From Eledone cirrhosa (lineage: Eukaryota), in assembly GCA_964016885.1 (NCBI GenBank), contig OZ024763.1:18476001-18540000 (forward strand): 64,000 nucleotides of DNA. Direction: 5' to 3'. The notes beneath the pieces were generated by a model, which saw only the letters and a program-made list of their open reading frames with translations, did not search any database and was not told where the DNA came from. Position numbers and translations under genes: made by a program. This document shows, in pieces, positions 39,301-48,714 of this stretch; the first letter of the stretch is position 1; every line of letters starts with the position of its first letter.

Positions 39301-42300
39301 CTTTAGTATTTAAACTGGCCAGACTTCTCTCACCTCTTTCTGTTCAAACTGGCTGTAACCGGTCGCTCATACTGATGTTAAATAAATAATATCAAAATCT
39401 TGTAGATTCGATATGTGAGGTAAAGAAAGCCTTTACCACGAAAATACAATAATATATATATAGTTATGTAAATGCTAAAGGGTTAAGTTATGATATTTAT
39501 TTTTCAACATATGCTCCAGCTAGGTCAATATATTTCTGCAAATGTTGATACCAGTCATTAAATCCATCTGTCTAAAACTGAGGGCCATGAGATTTAAACC
39601 ATGTCAAAAGTAGCTTTTTTTTTAACTTCTTCAACTGGGGATCAACTTCAACCTCATCTCTTCCACTTCTAAAACAACTTATCCATTTGTAGGGTGTTGA
39701 TTTCTTTGGGGGCACTGTCCCCATAAACTTGCACCATAGCGTCAATTATTTGGCTGCTCTTCCACCCTAGCTTCACTATGAATTTGATGTTTTGATGGAG
39801 GCCATGTTGCTTGAGTGGGTGTTGACTTCTGACTGGCGGTGCCGTGTTGCAACATGCATTTAAGGGTTTATATAAGAACATGTTATGACATGTACAGGTG
39901 CATTGAGATCAAAATCCCTGCACATAATTTTTAGTTATGCACTTTTTCCACAAACTTTTTGAAGCCCCCTCATATATGTGTTGATTAGCTGCCTTGGTTT
40001 ATAAATGGGATTTGGATTTTTGTCTATTTCTCAGACATAAAATAGAGGAGGGTCAGCTTATATTCGAGTATATACAGTATTTGTGTATTTAAAAAATTTG
40101 TTTGACTAGTCTATTGTTATTTTCTTTACAAACAAATATTCTTCTCAACCAACAGGTGTGTTAACACAATAAAAAGCACCCAGTACACTCTGTAAAGTGG
40201 TTGGTGATAGGAAGGGCATCTAGCTGTAGAAACCCTGCAAAACAAAGAAGGGTCGGGAGGACTCTTCAGCTGTGTCAAAGCCATGACAATCTCCGTAGGG
40301 TTGGTGATTCACGCAAATGACCACCCTGTACACTCTGAGACATGCCAATTTCTCTAGCGTTGGTGATCTACATCTAGAAAGCTTGCCAAACAAGGGGTTG
40401 GGAGGACTCTTCAGTTTATGTCAAAAGACACGACAACAGTACTGACTTGGTCTATGTTAAGCATGGGCAACCTTTTTCGAGCAGTGGGCTGCATAGGATG
40501 CAGTTCATCGTATTGGAGGCTACATTATTAAAAAATTCAAGGCAATTTTGAAATTAGGTGTGCCATTTAGAAAACCAAACGGGTCGCATGTGGCTTGTCG
40601 GCTGCAGTTTGCTCATGACTTGTTTATGTAGACCTGTCCTGCCCTTGATAGCAGGGAAAGCAGACATTAAATGATGATGATGATGATGATGATAATTGAA
40701 GTCCTACATGAATTTCAACTTAACCTCTTAGCATTTAAACCGGCTGTATCTAACTAGAGTTTTCTCACCGCTTTCTGTTCAAACCGGTCATAACCAGCTG
40801 CTCATACTGATGTTAAGGTATTGTTTGCAAAATAAATAATATCAAAATTTCAAAGATTTGATGTGAGAGATAATTATGTAGAGTAATTACCATGAAAATA
40901 TAATAGTAAATATAGAGTAATGTAAATGCTTAAGGGTTAAACTGGCGATAACTGGCCACTCATACTGATGCTAAAGTATTGTTCTTAAAATAAATAATAT
41001 CAAAATCTCATAGATTTGATGTGAGAGATAATTATGTGAGATAAAGACTTTACTGTGAAAATATAATAGTAAATATAGAGTTATGTAAATGCTAAAGGGT
41101 TAGTTCTTTCTGTTTTTATCCTTCAGAAGGAGACGTCTCTATGGAAATCGAGTCTCTGACGACCTCGAAGACGCGGAGACAACAGAGGTCTCTGCAAAAA
41201 CCAACGAGTGACGGGTCGTTTGTCGCACCGATTGCACCACCAGTGACACGCCTGCGACAGAGTGCATCCAAGAAAGATGCCGACATGACATCGGTAAGAG
41301 ACGATCGAGCGATTGCAGCTGTGATGGATATGGTCACTACAACAATGGACCAAGAGAAGATCTATTCAGGTGCTGTCCTTATTCCAGTAGTGTCCGACTG
41401 CTTCCAGGTACCGGACAGCACGGTTAAGAAGACACCGAAAGTCAAGCCTTCAAGGTTCGTGGTAACTTTGACACTCCTCTCTTTCTATATAAACTATAAA
41501 CAATCCTCTTTTTCCCTTTCTCTCTCTCTCTGTCTCGTTAGCTCTCTTTTTAGCTTTCTCTTTAAACAATCTTTCTCTCTCATTTCTTTCTATCTCTCTC
41601 TCTTTAGCCCTCTCACTCTCTCTCTAACTCTCCTTCTCACACTCTCTAGCTCTCTTTTTCACTCTTTAACTCTCCTCACTCTCTCTAACTCTCTTTTTCA
41701 CTCTTTAACTCTCCTCACTCTCTCTAACTCTCTTTTTCACTCTTTAACTCTCCTCACTCTCTCTAACTCTCTTTTTCACTCTTTAACTCTCCTCACTCTC
41801 TCTAGCTCTCTTTTTCACTCTTTAACTCTCCTCACTCTCTTTTTCACTCTTTAACTCTCCTCACTCTCTCTAACTCTCTTTTTCACTCTCTAGCTCTCCT
41901 TCTCACTCTCTCTAGCTCTCCTCACTCTCTCTAGCTCTCCTTCTTACTCTCTCTAGCTCTCCTTCTTACTCTCTCTAGCTCTCCTTCTTACTCTCTCTAG
42001 CTCTCCTTCTTACTCTCTCTAGCTCTCCTCACTCTCTCTAAGACTCCTTCTCACTCTCTCGAGCTATCCTTCTCACTCTCTCTAACTTTCTCACTCTCTC
42101 TAACTTTCTCATTCTCTCTCTCCTTTTCACTCCATCACACTCTATCTCTCTCACTCCATCACACTCTCTCTCTCATTCCATCACACTCTCTCTCTCTCAC
42201 TCCATCACACTCTATCTCTCTCACTCCATCACACTCTATCTCTCTCACTCCATCACACTCTCTCTCTCTCACTCCATCACACTCTCTCTCTCTCACTCCA

Positions 42301-43517
42301 TCACACTCTCTCTCTCACTCCATCACACTCTCTCTCTCACTCCATCACACTCTATCTCTCTCACTCCATCACTCTATCTCTCTCACTCCATCACACTCTA
42401 TCTCTCTCACTCCATCACTCTATCTCTCTCACTCCATCACTCTCACTCCATCACACTCTCTCTCTCACTCCATCACTCCATCACACTCTATCTCTCTCTC
42501 ACTCCATCACACTCTCTCTCTCTCACTCCATCACACTCTCTCTCTCACTCCATCACACTCTCTCTCTCTCACTCCATCACACTCTCTCTCTCACTCCATC
42601 ACACTCTATCTCTCTCTCACTCCATCACATTCTATCTCTCTCACTCCATCACACTCTCTCTCTCTCACTCCATCACACTCTCTCTCTCTCACTCCATCAC
42701 ACTCTCTCTCTCTCACTCCATCACACTTTCTCTCTCTCTCACTCCATCACACTCTCTCTCTCTCTCACTTCATCACACTCTCTCTCTCACTTCATCACTC
42801 TCTCTCTCTCTCTCACTCCATCACACTCTCTCTCTCTCACTCCATCACACTCTCTCTCTCTCACTCCATCACACTCTATCTCTCTCACTCCATCACACTC
42901 TCTCTCTCTCACTCCATCACACTCTCTCTCTCTCACTCCATCACACTCTCTCTCTCTCACTCCATCACACTCTCTCTCTCTCACTCCATCACACTCTCTC
43001 TCTCTCACTCCATCACACTCTCTCTCTCTCACTCCATCACACTCTCTCTCTTTCTCACTCCATCACACTCTCTCTCTCTCACTCCATAACACTCTCTCTC
43101 TCTCACTCCATCACACTTTCTCTCTCTCACTCCATCACACTCTCTCTCTCTCACTCCATCACACTCTCTCTCTCTCACTCCATCACACTCTCTCTCTCTC
43201 ACTCCATCACACTCTCTCTCTCTCTCACTCCATCATACTCTATCTAAATCTCTCTCTCTCTTCATCTCACATCTTTTCTTTCTTTTTCTCTGTCTTCCAG
43301 AAAGATAGTTTACCTCGTGAACCCAGTCGACAGTCCAATCGTGAACCTCCTCACCCCGGGCCAACCAACGCCTGACCAGTCACAGGAGTCCACCAGCTCT
43401 ACCAAGAAGGGGTCAAGGAAGGCGTCCCCAGGCCGGAACCTTACCCAATCAGAACACCCCTTTTTCGGCATGTCTCTGAGGGGGAGGCCCATACCTGTTA
43501 AAAAACGAAAGTTATGA
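1805..43517 (+). CDS. AHCTF1: ELYS/AHCTF1 (MEL-28) nucleoporin, 3' part: 19 spliced exons, 5' exons outside the window
   Basis: The spliced exons read LMIDGLI..W..DGG..YPPPS, LYIYLLED...KH, GFWLLDHKDFE, WQH..VIK, LVKLPLTEVEE..L..YL, LVVYYLQRARYV.A..LN, RN.I...GKLLP, RPKPLS, LQTP and TPQSILK. This matches the order of the ELYS alpha-helical domain as I recall it from vertebrate ELYS. All introns are GT-AG, phases join in frame, and the total is 7873 nt (1 + 2624 codons including TGA). Confidence 0.93.
2528..2714 (+). mobile_element. tRNA-derived Meta-type SINE (family B)
   Basis: GGGCAGTGAACTGGCAGTATCGGTAG head, GAGTTCAAATCC B-box, GCCTTTCATCCTTACGGGGTCGATAAAATAAAGTACCAG Meta-like core. Confidence 0.82.
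3543..3653 (+). CDS. AHCTF1: ELYS exon (ALLYIYLLEDVSLIAKHCVVGYFFLDLASLEEEDNSK)
   Basis: tttcag acceptor, gtttgt donor, phase 0-0; resembles the ELYS AVLDMYLL..AKH..YLLLD segment; missed by the ORF track. Confidence 0.88.
3726..4130 (+). mobile_element. Two tandem family B SINEs
   Basis: Two consecutive copies of the family B consensus. Confidence 0.82.
4135..4650 (+). mobile_element. RTE-clade LINE 3' fragment
   Basis: NELSERLSIRG...RWYGHEMRMKDDSCIKKC; ends in (GAT)n. Confidence 0.75.
5635..5944 (-). mobile_element. SINE family A
   Basis: Near-identical to the other family A copies; (GAT)n tail. Confidence 0.88.
6198..6536 (+). mobile_element. SINE family A, full length
   Basis: GGAGGCACATGGCTTAGTGG head, MIR-core-like middle, tail TTAGGAAGGGCATCCAGCTGTAG...GGACGTAAAATGATGATG shared with RTE fragments in this window. 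Confidence 0.9.
6843..6944 (+). CDS. AHCTF1: ELYS exon (LADKVTTFSDIFNVPTDTMNLVTGFWLLDHKDFE)
   Basis: ttgtag acceptor, gtaaag donor; GFWLLDH motif. Confidence 0.92.
7510..7840. repeat. Minisatellite, unit about 21 bp (CTCAACTCA[GA]CATAAG)
   Basis: Direct reading. Confidence 0.9.
8245..9330 (+). mobile_element. CR1/L2-type LINE 3' fragment containing a 61-bp tandem amplification
   Basis: NTREHAYKVRK...FFTLRVTEAWNKLPASVV...SFK is the typical CR1/L2 ORF2 C-terminus. Confidence 0.75.
8537..9150. repeat. 61-bp tandem repeat, 10 copies
   Basis: CATGGAACAAACTACCTGCATCAG... recurs every 61 nt. Confidence 0.93.
9527..9708 (+). CDS. AHCTF1: ELYS exon (VAFYFLVNASVFGQWQHCQVIKSLLYQEECKLALRY...FLLN)
   Basis: ttttag acceptor, gtgagt donor; WQH..I and ALRY motifs. 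Confidence 0.9.
9888..10084. mobile_element. piggyBac-like MITE (TTAA TSD, CCCTTTA.CATTTA TIR)
   Basis: TTAA|CCCTTTACCATTTA...TAAATGCTAAAGGG|TTAA. Confidence 0.82.
10396..10840. repeat. 48-bp tandem repeat, about 9 copies, derived from a SINE/LINE tail
   Basis: ACAGTGTGGGTAGGGTGCTTTTTGCCATGTCTTTTACACGTCCACTTT. Confidence 0.92.
10911..11005 (+). CDS. AHCTF1: ELYS exon (MTAQAVEFHRSCCDQDNAEDLISHIFLGCQQ)
   Basis: ctgcag acceptor, gtgagt donor; phases 2 to 1 fit the neighbouring exons. Confidence 0.88.
11950..12190 (-). mobile_element. Degraded RTE LINE fragment
   Basis: Minus strand reads LRQLERTEASALRWICNV...DELREK...MEDDPWVKKC. Confidence 0.65.
12272..12453 (+). CDS. AHCTF1: ELYS exon (KTMDQLVKLPLTEVEEKWLENYL...VYYLQRARYVDAILLNEKLKSKDM)
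   Basis: ctacag acceptor, gtatgg donor; LLKLP/LQRA motifs. Confidence 0.92.
14626..14764 (+). CDS. AHCTF1: ELYS exon (SSMSERAKNMASTRNIIVRKCGKLLPEIQRQ...)
   Basis: ttgcag acceptor, gtaagc donor; RN.I...GK.LP motif. Confidence 0.9.
15612..15950 (+). mobile_element. SINE family A, full length
   Basis: Same head, core and tail. Confidence 0.9.
16040..16276 (+). mobile_element. Family B SINE plus a fragment
   Basis: Family B core and tail. Confidence 0.78.
16585..16720 (+). CDS. AHCTF1: ELYS exon (VTRPKPLSTIVTK...IMEKMHEV...)
   Basis: ttccag acceptor, gtaaac donor; RPKPLS motif. Confidence 0.9.
17537..17614 (+). CDS. AHCTF1: ELYS exon (SFHELNHDSAGAFISAPFTPKKTSLP)
   Basis: gaatag acceptor, gtacgt donor, phase 2-2; AF..P.TP-like motif. 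Confidence 0.72.
17690..18210 (+). mobile_element. RTE LINE 3' fragment (related pieces at about 300-720)
   Basis: IERSYLQYYGRMVRMSQERIAGQILQAKPTGRRSRGR..W. Confidence 0.72.
18700..19318 (+). mobile_element. Cluster of three family B SINEs
   Basis: Three cores CCTTTCATCC..GGGGT.GATAAAATAAAGTAC. Confidence 0.8.
19592..19744 (+). CDS. AHCTF1: ELYS exon (NVSRFTSEKSLIKDTIAPSHSK...IEQPAKR)
   Basis: tttcag acceptor, gtaagg donor, open frame, phase 2-2. Confidence 0.75.
20561..20742 (+). CDS. AHCTF1: ELYS exon (KLKYVSAEALSVLQTPVIQRK...PTPQSILKVRK...)
   Basis: ttacag acceptor, gtaggt donor; LQTP and TPQSILK motifs. Confidence 0.9.
20805..21006. mobile_element. piggyBac-like MITE
   Basis: TTAA-flanked TIRs; empty-site paralogs lie downstream. 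Confidence 0.85.
21733..21945. mobile_element. piggyBac-like MITE
   Basis: TTAA-flanked, same internal sequence. Confidence 0.8.
22160..22382 (+). CDS. AHCTF1: ELYS exon (ASGHRNSVHSPRF...KRTSKSLRFAEP...)
   Basis: ttctag acceptor, gtgagt donor; SP/TP-rich, contains KSLRF. Confidence 0.85.
22975..23834. mobile_element. hAT-like MITE containing a piggyBac-like MITE (23107-23690) with internal tandem expansion
   Basis: CAGTGGTCACCAACC...GGTTGGGGACCTCTG TIRs; inner TTAA CCCTTT...AAAGGG TTAA. Confidence 0.72.
24100..24314 (-). mobile_element. Family B SINE
   Basis: Reverse complement of family B. Confidence 0.78.
24380..25215 (+). CDS. AHCTF1: ELYS exon, acidic with poly-E, poly-D and poly-Q tracts
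   Basis: tttcag acceptor, gtaagt donor, GC-rich open frame, phases 2 to 1 fit. Confidence 0.82.
25573..25865. mobile_element. hAT (Charlie-like) MITE with a perfect 8-bp TSD ATCTAGGG
   Basis: CAGGCATGGG...GCTCATGACTG termini flanked by ATCTAGGG on both sides. Confidence 0.82.
25955..26607 (+). CDS. AHCTF1: ELYS exon, low complexity (poly-T/D/Q)
   Basis: tttcag acceptor, gtaaga donor, phases 1 to 0. Confidence 0.8.
27040..27590 (-). mobile_element. RTE LINE 3' fragment (related piece at about 14290-14608)
   Basis: NELREKLGIRGIRCCLLERRLRWYDHVMRMKDDSCIKK. Confidence 0.75.
27630..27974 (+). mobile_element. SINE family A, full length
   Basis: Same head, core and tail. Confidence 0.9.
28306..28638 (+). 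mobile_element. SINE family A, full length
   Basis: Same head, core and tail. Confidence 0.9.
28895..29290 (-). mobile_element. RTE/BovB-like LINE 3' end with a C-terminal zinc finger
   Basis: Minus strand reads CSVCTRVFKSLAGLKSHTHSAHR*, then a short 3' UTR into (TA)n. Confidence 0.6.
29365..31257 (+). CDS. AHCTF1: ELYS exon of 631 codons, with a 14-aa tandem repeat and a longer triplicated module
   Basis: tttcag acceptor, gtaaga donor, phase 0-0, lies in the 630-aa ORF. Confidence 0.82.
31345..33535. repeat. Intronic satellite: 41-bp units followed by about 35-bp units sharing TGTATTACTAGGTA
   Basis: Direct reading. Confidence 0.93.
33895..34091. mobile_element. piggyBac-like MITE
   Basis: TTAACCCTTTACCAT...ATGCTAAAGGGTTAA. 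Confidence 0.82.
34428..34773 (-). mobile_element. SINE family A, full length
   Basis: Reverse complement of the family A consensus. Confidence 0.9.
34981..35634 (+). CDS. AHCTF1: ELYS exon with a 7-aa PEE repeat
   Basis: ttacag acceptor, gtagga donor, phase 0-0. Confidence 0.8.
35760..35952 (+). mobile_element. Family B SINE
   Basis: Full consensus match. Confidence 0.82.
36130..36795. repeat. Compound (GT)n/GACTATGATTGA repeat
   Basis: Direct reading. Confidence 0.88.
36879..38466 (+). CDS. AHCTF1: ELYS exon, basic Ser/Thr-rich with a 22-24-aa tandem repeat
   Basis: tttcag acceptor (alternative in-frame cccag gives start 36891), gtaacc donor, lies in the 539-aa ORF. Confidence 0.82.
38583..39149. 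mobile_element. hAT MITE with 8-bp TSD ATCTAAAC, containing a Tc1-like MITE (38664-38977)
   Basis: CAGAGGTTCTCAAA...TTTGAGAACCTCTG; inner TA|CAGG..GTCCGAAAGTCTTGTCACCCC...GGGGTGACAAGACTTTTGGAC.GCCCTG|TA. Confidence 0.82.
39242..39974 (-). mobile_element. Internally deleted mariner (irritans/Hsmar2-like) with a transposase HTH remnant
   Basis: TIR GGG.GCTTCAAAAAGTTTGTGGAAAAA at both ends; minus strand reads NIKFIVKLGWKSSQIIDAMVQVYGDSAPK. Confidence 0.82.
40720..41102. mobile_element. Two tandem piggyBac-like MITE copies abutting the acceptor of exon 41127
   Basis: TTAACCTCTTAGCATTTAAAC...ATGCT.AAGGGTTA repeated twice. Confidence 0.75.
41127..41454 (+). CDS. AHCTF1: ELYS penultimate exon (GDVSMEIESLTTSKTRRQQRS...VTRLRQS...KVKPS)
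   Basis: cttcag acceptor, gttcgt donor, phases 1 to 2. Confidence 0.8.
41510..43260. repeat. CT-rich minisatellite (CTCCATCACACTCTCTCTCTCA) filling the last ELYS intron
   Basis: Direct reading. Confidence 0.9.
43301..43517 (+). CDS. AHCTF1: ELYS terminal coding exon (KIVYLVNPVDSP...MSLRGRPIPVKKRKL*)
   Basis: ttccag acceptor and TGA stop. VYLVNPVDSP and the basic end resemble the vertebrate ELYS C-terminus (IRLISPLASP...RRKML) from recall. Confidence 0.85.
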
Positions 43518-45950
43518 TAGCTACTAAACTGTTAATTAGCTAAAACTAAAACTAATTGACGATCTAAAATTAATTAGGCTGGCCTGGGACTTCATTTTAA
43601 AAAATGTTTTCATCATTGAAACAGCAATCATATTGATTATTGATGATGTATTGATGTATCGATCTATGGTTGATTGGTTGTGGGACTTCACTCCATCGTC
43701 ATCTCGTGATTGATTTTATTGACTAATTAGATTGGTCGGCAGCCACACCACACCTCAGCTCACCTCACTCCTTCATTTCATCATCAAACGGCAATCAGTG
43801 ATCGAAGTATTGATCTGTGATTGATTGGTCGTCGATTGAGTGATTGATTTTATTGACCAATTAGATTGATCGGGAACCTCACCTCTTTTATTATTTCATC
43901 ATCAAATGACAATCGTAGTGATCAAAGTATTGATTATTGATCTGTGATTGATTGGGGACCTCACCTCTTTTATTATTTCATCATCAAACATCAATCATAG
44001 GGATCAAAGTATTGAACTTGTATTGATCTGTGGTTGATTGATTGTCTATTTAGATTGATCGAGGACCTCGCCTCTTTTATTATTTCATTAACAAACGGCA
44101 ATTGTAGTGATCAAAGTATTGACCTGTGATTGGTTGGTTGGTTGGTTAACTAATTAGATTCGTCTGGGACCCTATTCCTTCAACATCATCATCATCATCA
44201 TCATCAAACAGAAACCATAGAGATTGATACGTTCATCATATATTGATCTATGATTGATTGATTTGTTGTTGAGTTTAAACACCCATCCCTTGCTGCGGAC
44301 AACTTCGATCAGATCTTTCCTGGTGGCTCGGGTGAAAGGCAGTTAATATAATTTAAAAAAAAAAAATTTTTGAAGTACCAGTCATACACTGGAATACACG
44401 TGGGGGAAAAAAAAAAATGTGACATTACAGACAGAATATACTCTCCGCTGACCCCTCCCCCCTCTTTCCTGTAAATATATTGGGTCACATTGTGTCAATA
44501 TATGAAATACATATTGTATAAAGAGACTAATGATGACAATGCTTTCTTTATTAGCCACACAGGGTTCATATTAAGGAAACATTAAAGACAGTACAGGACG
44601 TGTGGGGTTGTTGTTGTTGTTTTTTTGTGTGTTAACAAACATAAAGACCATGGTCCATGACTCTGCTGAACGCAGAGACTAATTTTAATAATAATAATAA
44701 TATTAAGGATTTTTTTTATTATTGGCCACAAGAGCCGAACATAAGGGACAATACAAAGATAGGGACAGGGATCGTGTGGGGTTGTTACATGCAATCGAGT
44801 AAAAAAAATTAAAATAAATAAACTAAAAAAATAGCAACAGAATTCCCCAATGAGGGGGGAGGGGTGACATTAGGATCTCCACGAATCCTAACCCACCCTC
44901 ATCTCCCCCTAGGAGGGTGCCCCTCTCTCCTTCCCACCATCTCTCCAGCCTACAGGCGCATGCTCAGAGTAAGAATAATAATAAGGATGATTTTATTTAT
45001 TGGCTACAAGGGCCAACATATAGGGGACAGTAGAAAGACAGGGACAATGGAGGTTTTATAATATTGAGTAAAAAATGCACAATAACAAAACCAATTTAAC
45101 AATGGAAAAATATAAAAATAAAATAAAAAATTCTTCAATAGAGGGGGTGAACCACCCAGGAGCAACTCAGGTATTTACCCAATAATAAAAAAAAAAAAAA
45201 TGATCGTTTTAGAAGCCTCTACCATGCAGATGGATAAATCTCCGGGTAATGAACTCGGGTGGCAGTAGGAAGGAAGGGGATAAGGCGGTTGGGTGGGGGA
45301 GAGAAGAGATATGTAAAATGAAATGAAAACCAGAGGTGATATTTACTTTGGAATAAAAAAAAAATTGAAAAATAAAACCTGTTCTGCTCATCTCCCATAC
45401 ACACTCACACACTCACCAAGACCACCATAAAAGAGGGTCTCTTCTAATCCTGCACCCCCCACATCATTCCTCTTGTCTGTATTGTAGCATAATCCAGTTC
45501 AAAAGAAGCCTCTTCTGGTTCCCCCACTCAGCCCATTCTCTGAGGATCTTGGTCTGACCCCACCAACCCACTCCCTTCTGAGAAGGGTTTTTTTTATTTG
45601 CCTTTTGTTTTAGTTGGGAGTTGTACCAGTAATATACTGAGTGGTTCACAGATCACTGTCGGTCTCCCCCTTGTACTTTATAAATTAGAGAAAAAAAGAA
45701 GCCTCTTCTGGTCCCCCACTCTCTGAGAATCTTGGTCAGACCCCCACCAACCCACTCTCCATATGTGTGTGTGTGTGTGTATATATATATGTATATATGT
45801 GTTATTTTATATATATATGTATATATAGATGGCTTTTTTTGTTTTTTAAAATAAAATTAATTTTATTTTTTATATTGATGTGTATATGTATGTATATGTT
45901 GTATATGTATGTATGTATGTATGTATATATAGATGTCATTTGTCATGTAA

Positions 45951-45956
45951 AATAAA
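45951..45956 (+). terminator. Candidate ELYS poly(A) signal
   Basis: AATAAA followed by GT-rich and then long T-rich sequence (46015-46120); other AATAAA hexamers occur upstream. Confidence 0.3.
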
Positions 45957-46911
45957 ATATAAAACCAATTTAGGGTGGTCAATTGGTGGAATTGAGAGAA
46001 CTTTTAGTATTCCATCTTTTTTTCCTTTTTTTTTCTTTTTTCTTTTTCTTTTTTTTCTTTCTTTTTCCTTTTTTTTCTTTTTTCCTTTTTTTCTTTTCTT
46101 TTTTTCTTTTTCGTTTTCTTCTGGAATTCTGGTCGGATATGGCTGGTTTAAAGGGTTAAGGGTATACTTGTCTGTGGAATGCTCAGCCACTCACACTATA
46201 ATCCAAGATAGATAGTGCCTGTCATTCAAAGAGGCAGCCTTGCCACACTGAATCTCCCTGAGAACTACGTTAAGACTATACGTGTCTGTGGAATGCTCAG
46301 CCACTTTTACTATAATATAAGATTGACTGTACCTGTAATTCAAATGGCCTGAATCACCCTGAGAGCTATGTTATGGGTACACGTGTCTGTGGAATGCTCA
46401 GCCACTTACACGTTAATTTCATTAGCAGGTTGTTACATTGATTAAACAACTGGAGCAGCCATCATAGAAACTGACGGAGATCCATTCTTTTAAGGCTATT
46501 GTTAGTAACAAAATTGTTGAGTGCGCAAGTTGGCTTGGCTGTTTATCTTAGACACACCACACCAAGGATCATCAAGGGTAATCACAATAGACAGTGTCGT
46601 TCCTCTCAAGGGAGATTTGGCTGTTAAGTTCATAGGCTGACCAAGATACTCTCATGGAATGACCAAATGAGGTTTATTTTTCAACATAGTCCCTGGAAAG
46701 AAACAATGCAGTTATTAATAATAAGAGTTGAAATTAATGCATGCAAGATTTCACAGCTCTAGCATCACTCCCTGATAGTCTAATTATTGACATTTCAGCC
46801 AACTATCGGAAGGGAGATTTGGCTGTTATTTCTAGCAAATGGCCACACGTATCCGCCATTATTGGGACTCTGGTAAGAGTTGTTTCCCTTACATTATTCG
46901 TAATACATTAT

Positions 46912-47332
46912 GGCGGTGGATTGGCAGTATCGGTAGAGGGTCGGATGCCATTCTTTCCAGCATAGTTACGTCCCTTTACGATCTGAGTTCAAATCCCGCC
47001 GAGGTTGACTTTGCCTTTCATCCTTACGGGGTCGATAAAATAAAAGTACCAGTAATGCACTGGAATAATTACTGGCCTTGTGCTAAATGTAGAAACAATA
47101 TAGCTAGAGTTGAAATTAACGACATGCAAGATTCCACAGCACTAGCATCATACTTTCATAACAGTGAATTACTGGTACTTTATTTTATCAATCCCGTAAG
47201 GATGAAAGGCAAAATTAACCTCAAATCCTGCCGAGGTTACTTTGCCTTACATCCTTACGGGGTCGATAAAATAAAGTACCAGTAATGCACTGGGATAATT
47301 GCTGGCCTTGTGCCAAAAGTAGAAACAATTAT
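46912..47332 (+). mobile_element. Family B SINEs interleaved with mariner-MITE fragments
   Basis: Family B cores in both orientations. Confidence 0.72.
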
Positions 47333-48473
47333 TTACTTTGAATAGTAAATTTTGAGACACCCTGTATACGAAAGTATGATGCTAGTGCTGTGAAATCTTG
47401 CATGTCATTAATTTCAACTCTAGCTACATTGTTTCTTTCCAGAAACTATGTTATATGAAAAAACAAAAAGCCTCATTTGGTCATTCCATGAGAGTATCTT
47501 GGTCAGACTGAACATTTTAGCTGACCCTCGATGGCCTTCATCTTTTTTTTTTTTTTTTTTCTTTGAAGATGGTAGGATGTAATTTGAGAGATTTGACTGC
47601 TCTTTCTACCATTTTTAGGACGACTACTTAAAGGTCCATCCGTTGGCTCTTTAAAGGTTTGGTAGACTGCAGTTGTTGTTTAGCCCTAGGTCTGACCTAT
47701 GATGATCATTCTAGCCGTGGCAATCCTATTTTTTTTTTTTTCGACTTGTGGTTATTTAAAGGCTTGGTTGTGGTTATTTGGTGGTGATGGTGATGAACTT
47801 TTCAGTCGACCCTCGTTCGTACATGTCTTTTCCTCTTTACGGTTCACACACACACACACACGCACGCACGCACGCACTATTTTTATTATTTTTTATTATT
47901 TATTTATTATTTATTTATTATTTATTTATTATTTTACGTTCGCTTTTCCCTGCATGCAAGGGTTGGATGGGTCCTATTCAGCACAGCATCTCTCCACTTG
48001 TCACGTGCCTTCGTCATCTCCTCGGTGAGTTTCAGCGATCTGAGGTCTGTCTCACCACCTCCGCCCATGTTTTTCGTGGTCTACACATCACATATGCATA
48101 CATACTGTGTATTACCTCCTCGCTCGTGTTGCTCCAATAAGAAGTTCGATATCCAATCACATTTGTCACTGTAAATAGTTATATCTCCAAGGATACTTTT
48201 GGTCCTGTATGACATTTGTATATATTAGGTAGTCAAGTATGAAATTTGTAGAAATTTGTTTTGTTTTTCTACATATTTCTACAAATTTCATACTTGACGA
48301 CCTGATACATATACTGAACATTTATGTAATTATTAAAATATTATTCTTATTTTTAATCATTTCCACGTGTCAGTCATTAACACAAACTATGGGGGGTTTT
48401 TTTAATGCAAATTTCTCAGTCTGTATTATCATTGTATGCGGTGAATTGTCAGTCATTTGAGCGTCGGATAGAA

Positions 48474-48714
48474 TCATCATCATCATTTTACGTCCGCTTT
48501 TCCCTGGGTGCTTTTTGCCGTGGCACCTCCACGACCACTTTGCAGTGGAATGATATAGACCCCAGTCCTATCATCTCATTTCTACAGCTGAGTAAACTGG
48601 AGCAATGTGAAATAAAGTGTCTTGCTCAAGGAAACAACACATCACCCGGTCTGAGAATTGAACTCACAACCTTTCGATTGCAAGGCCAATGCTCTAACCA
48701 CTAAGCCATGTGCC
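48474..48714 (-). mobile_element. SINE family A, internally deleted
   Basis: Head and core intact, part of the tail missing. Confidence 0.82.

Larger units (their letters stand above)
38489..40079. mobile_element. Tc2/pogo-like non-autonomous host element with nested insertions
   Basis: TIRs TACTGTATATACTCAAATATAAGCTGA and TCAGCTTATATTCGAGTATATACAGTA. Confidence 0.72.
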
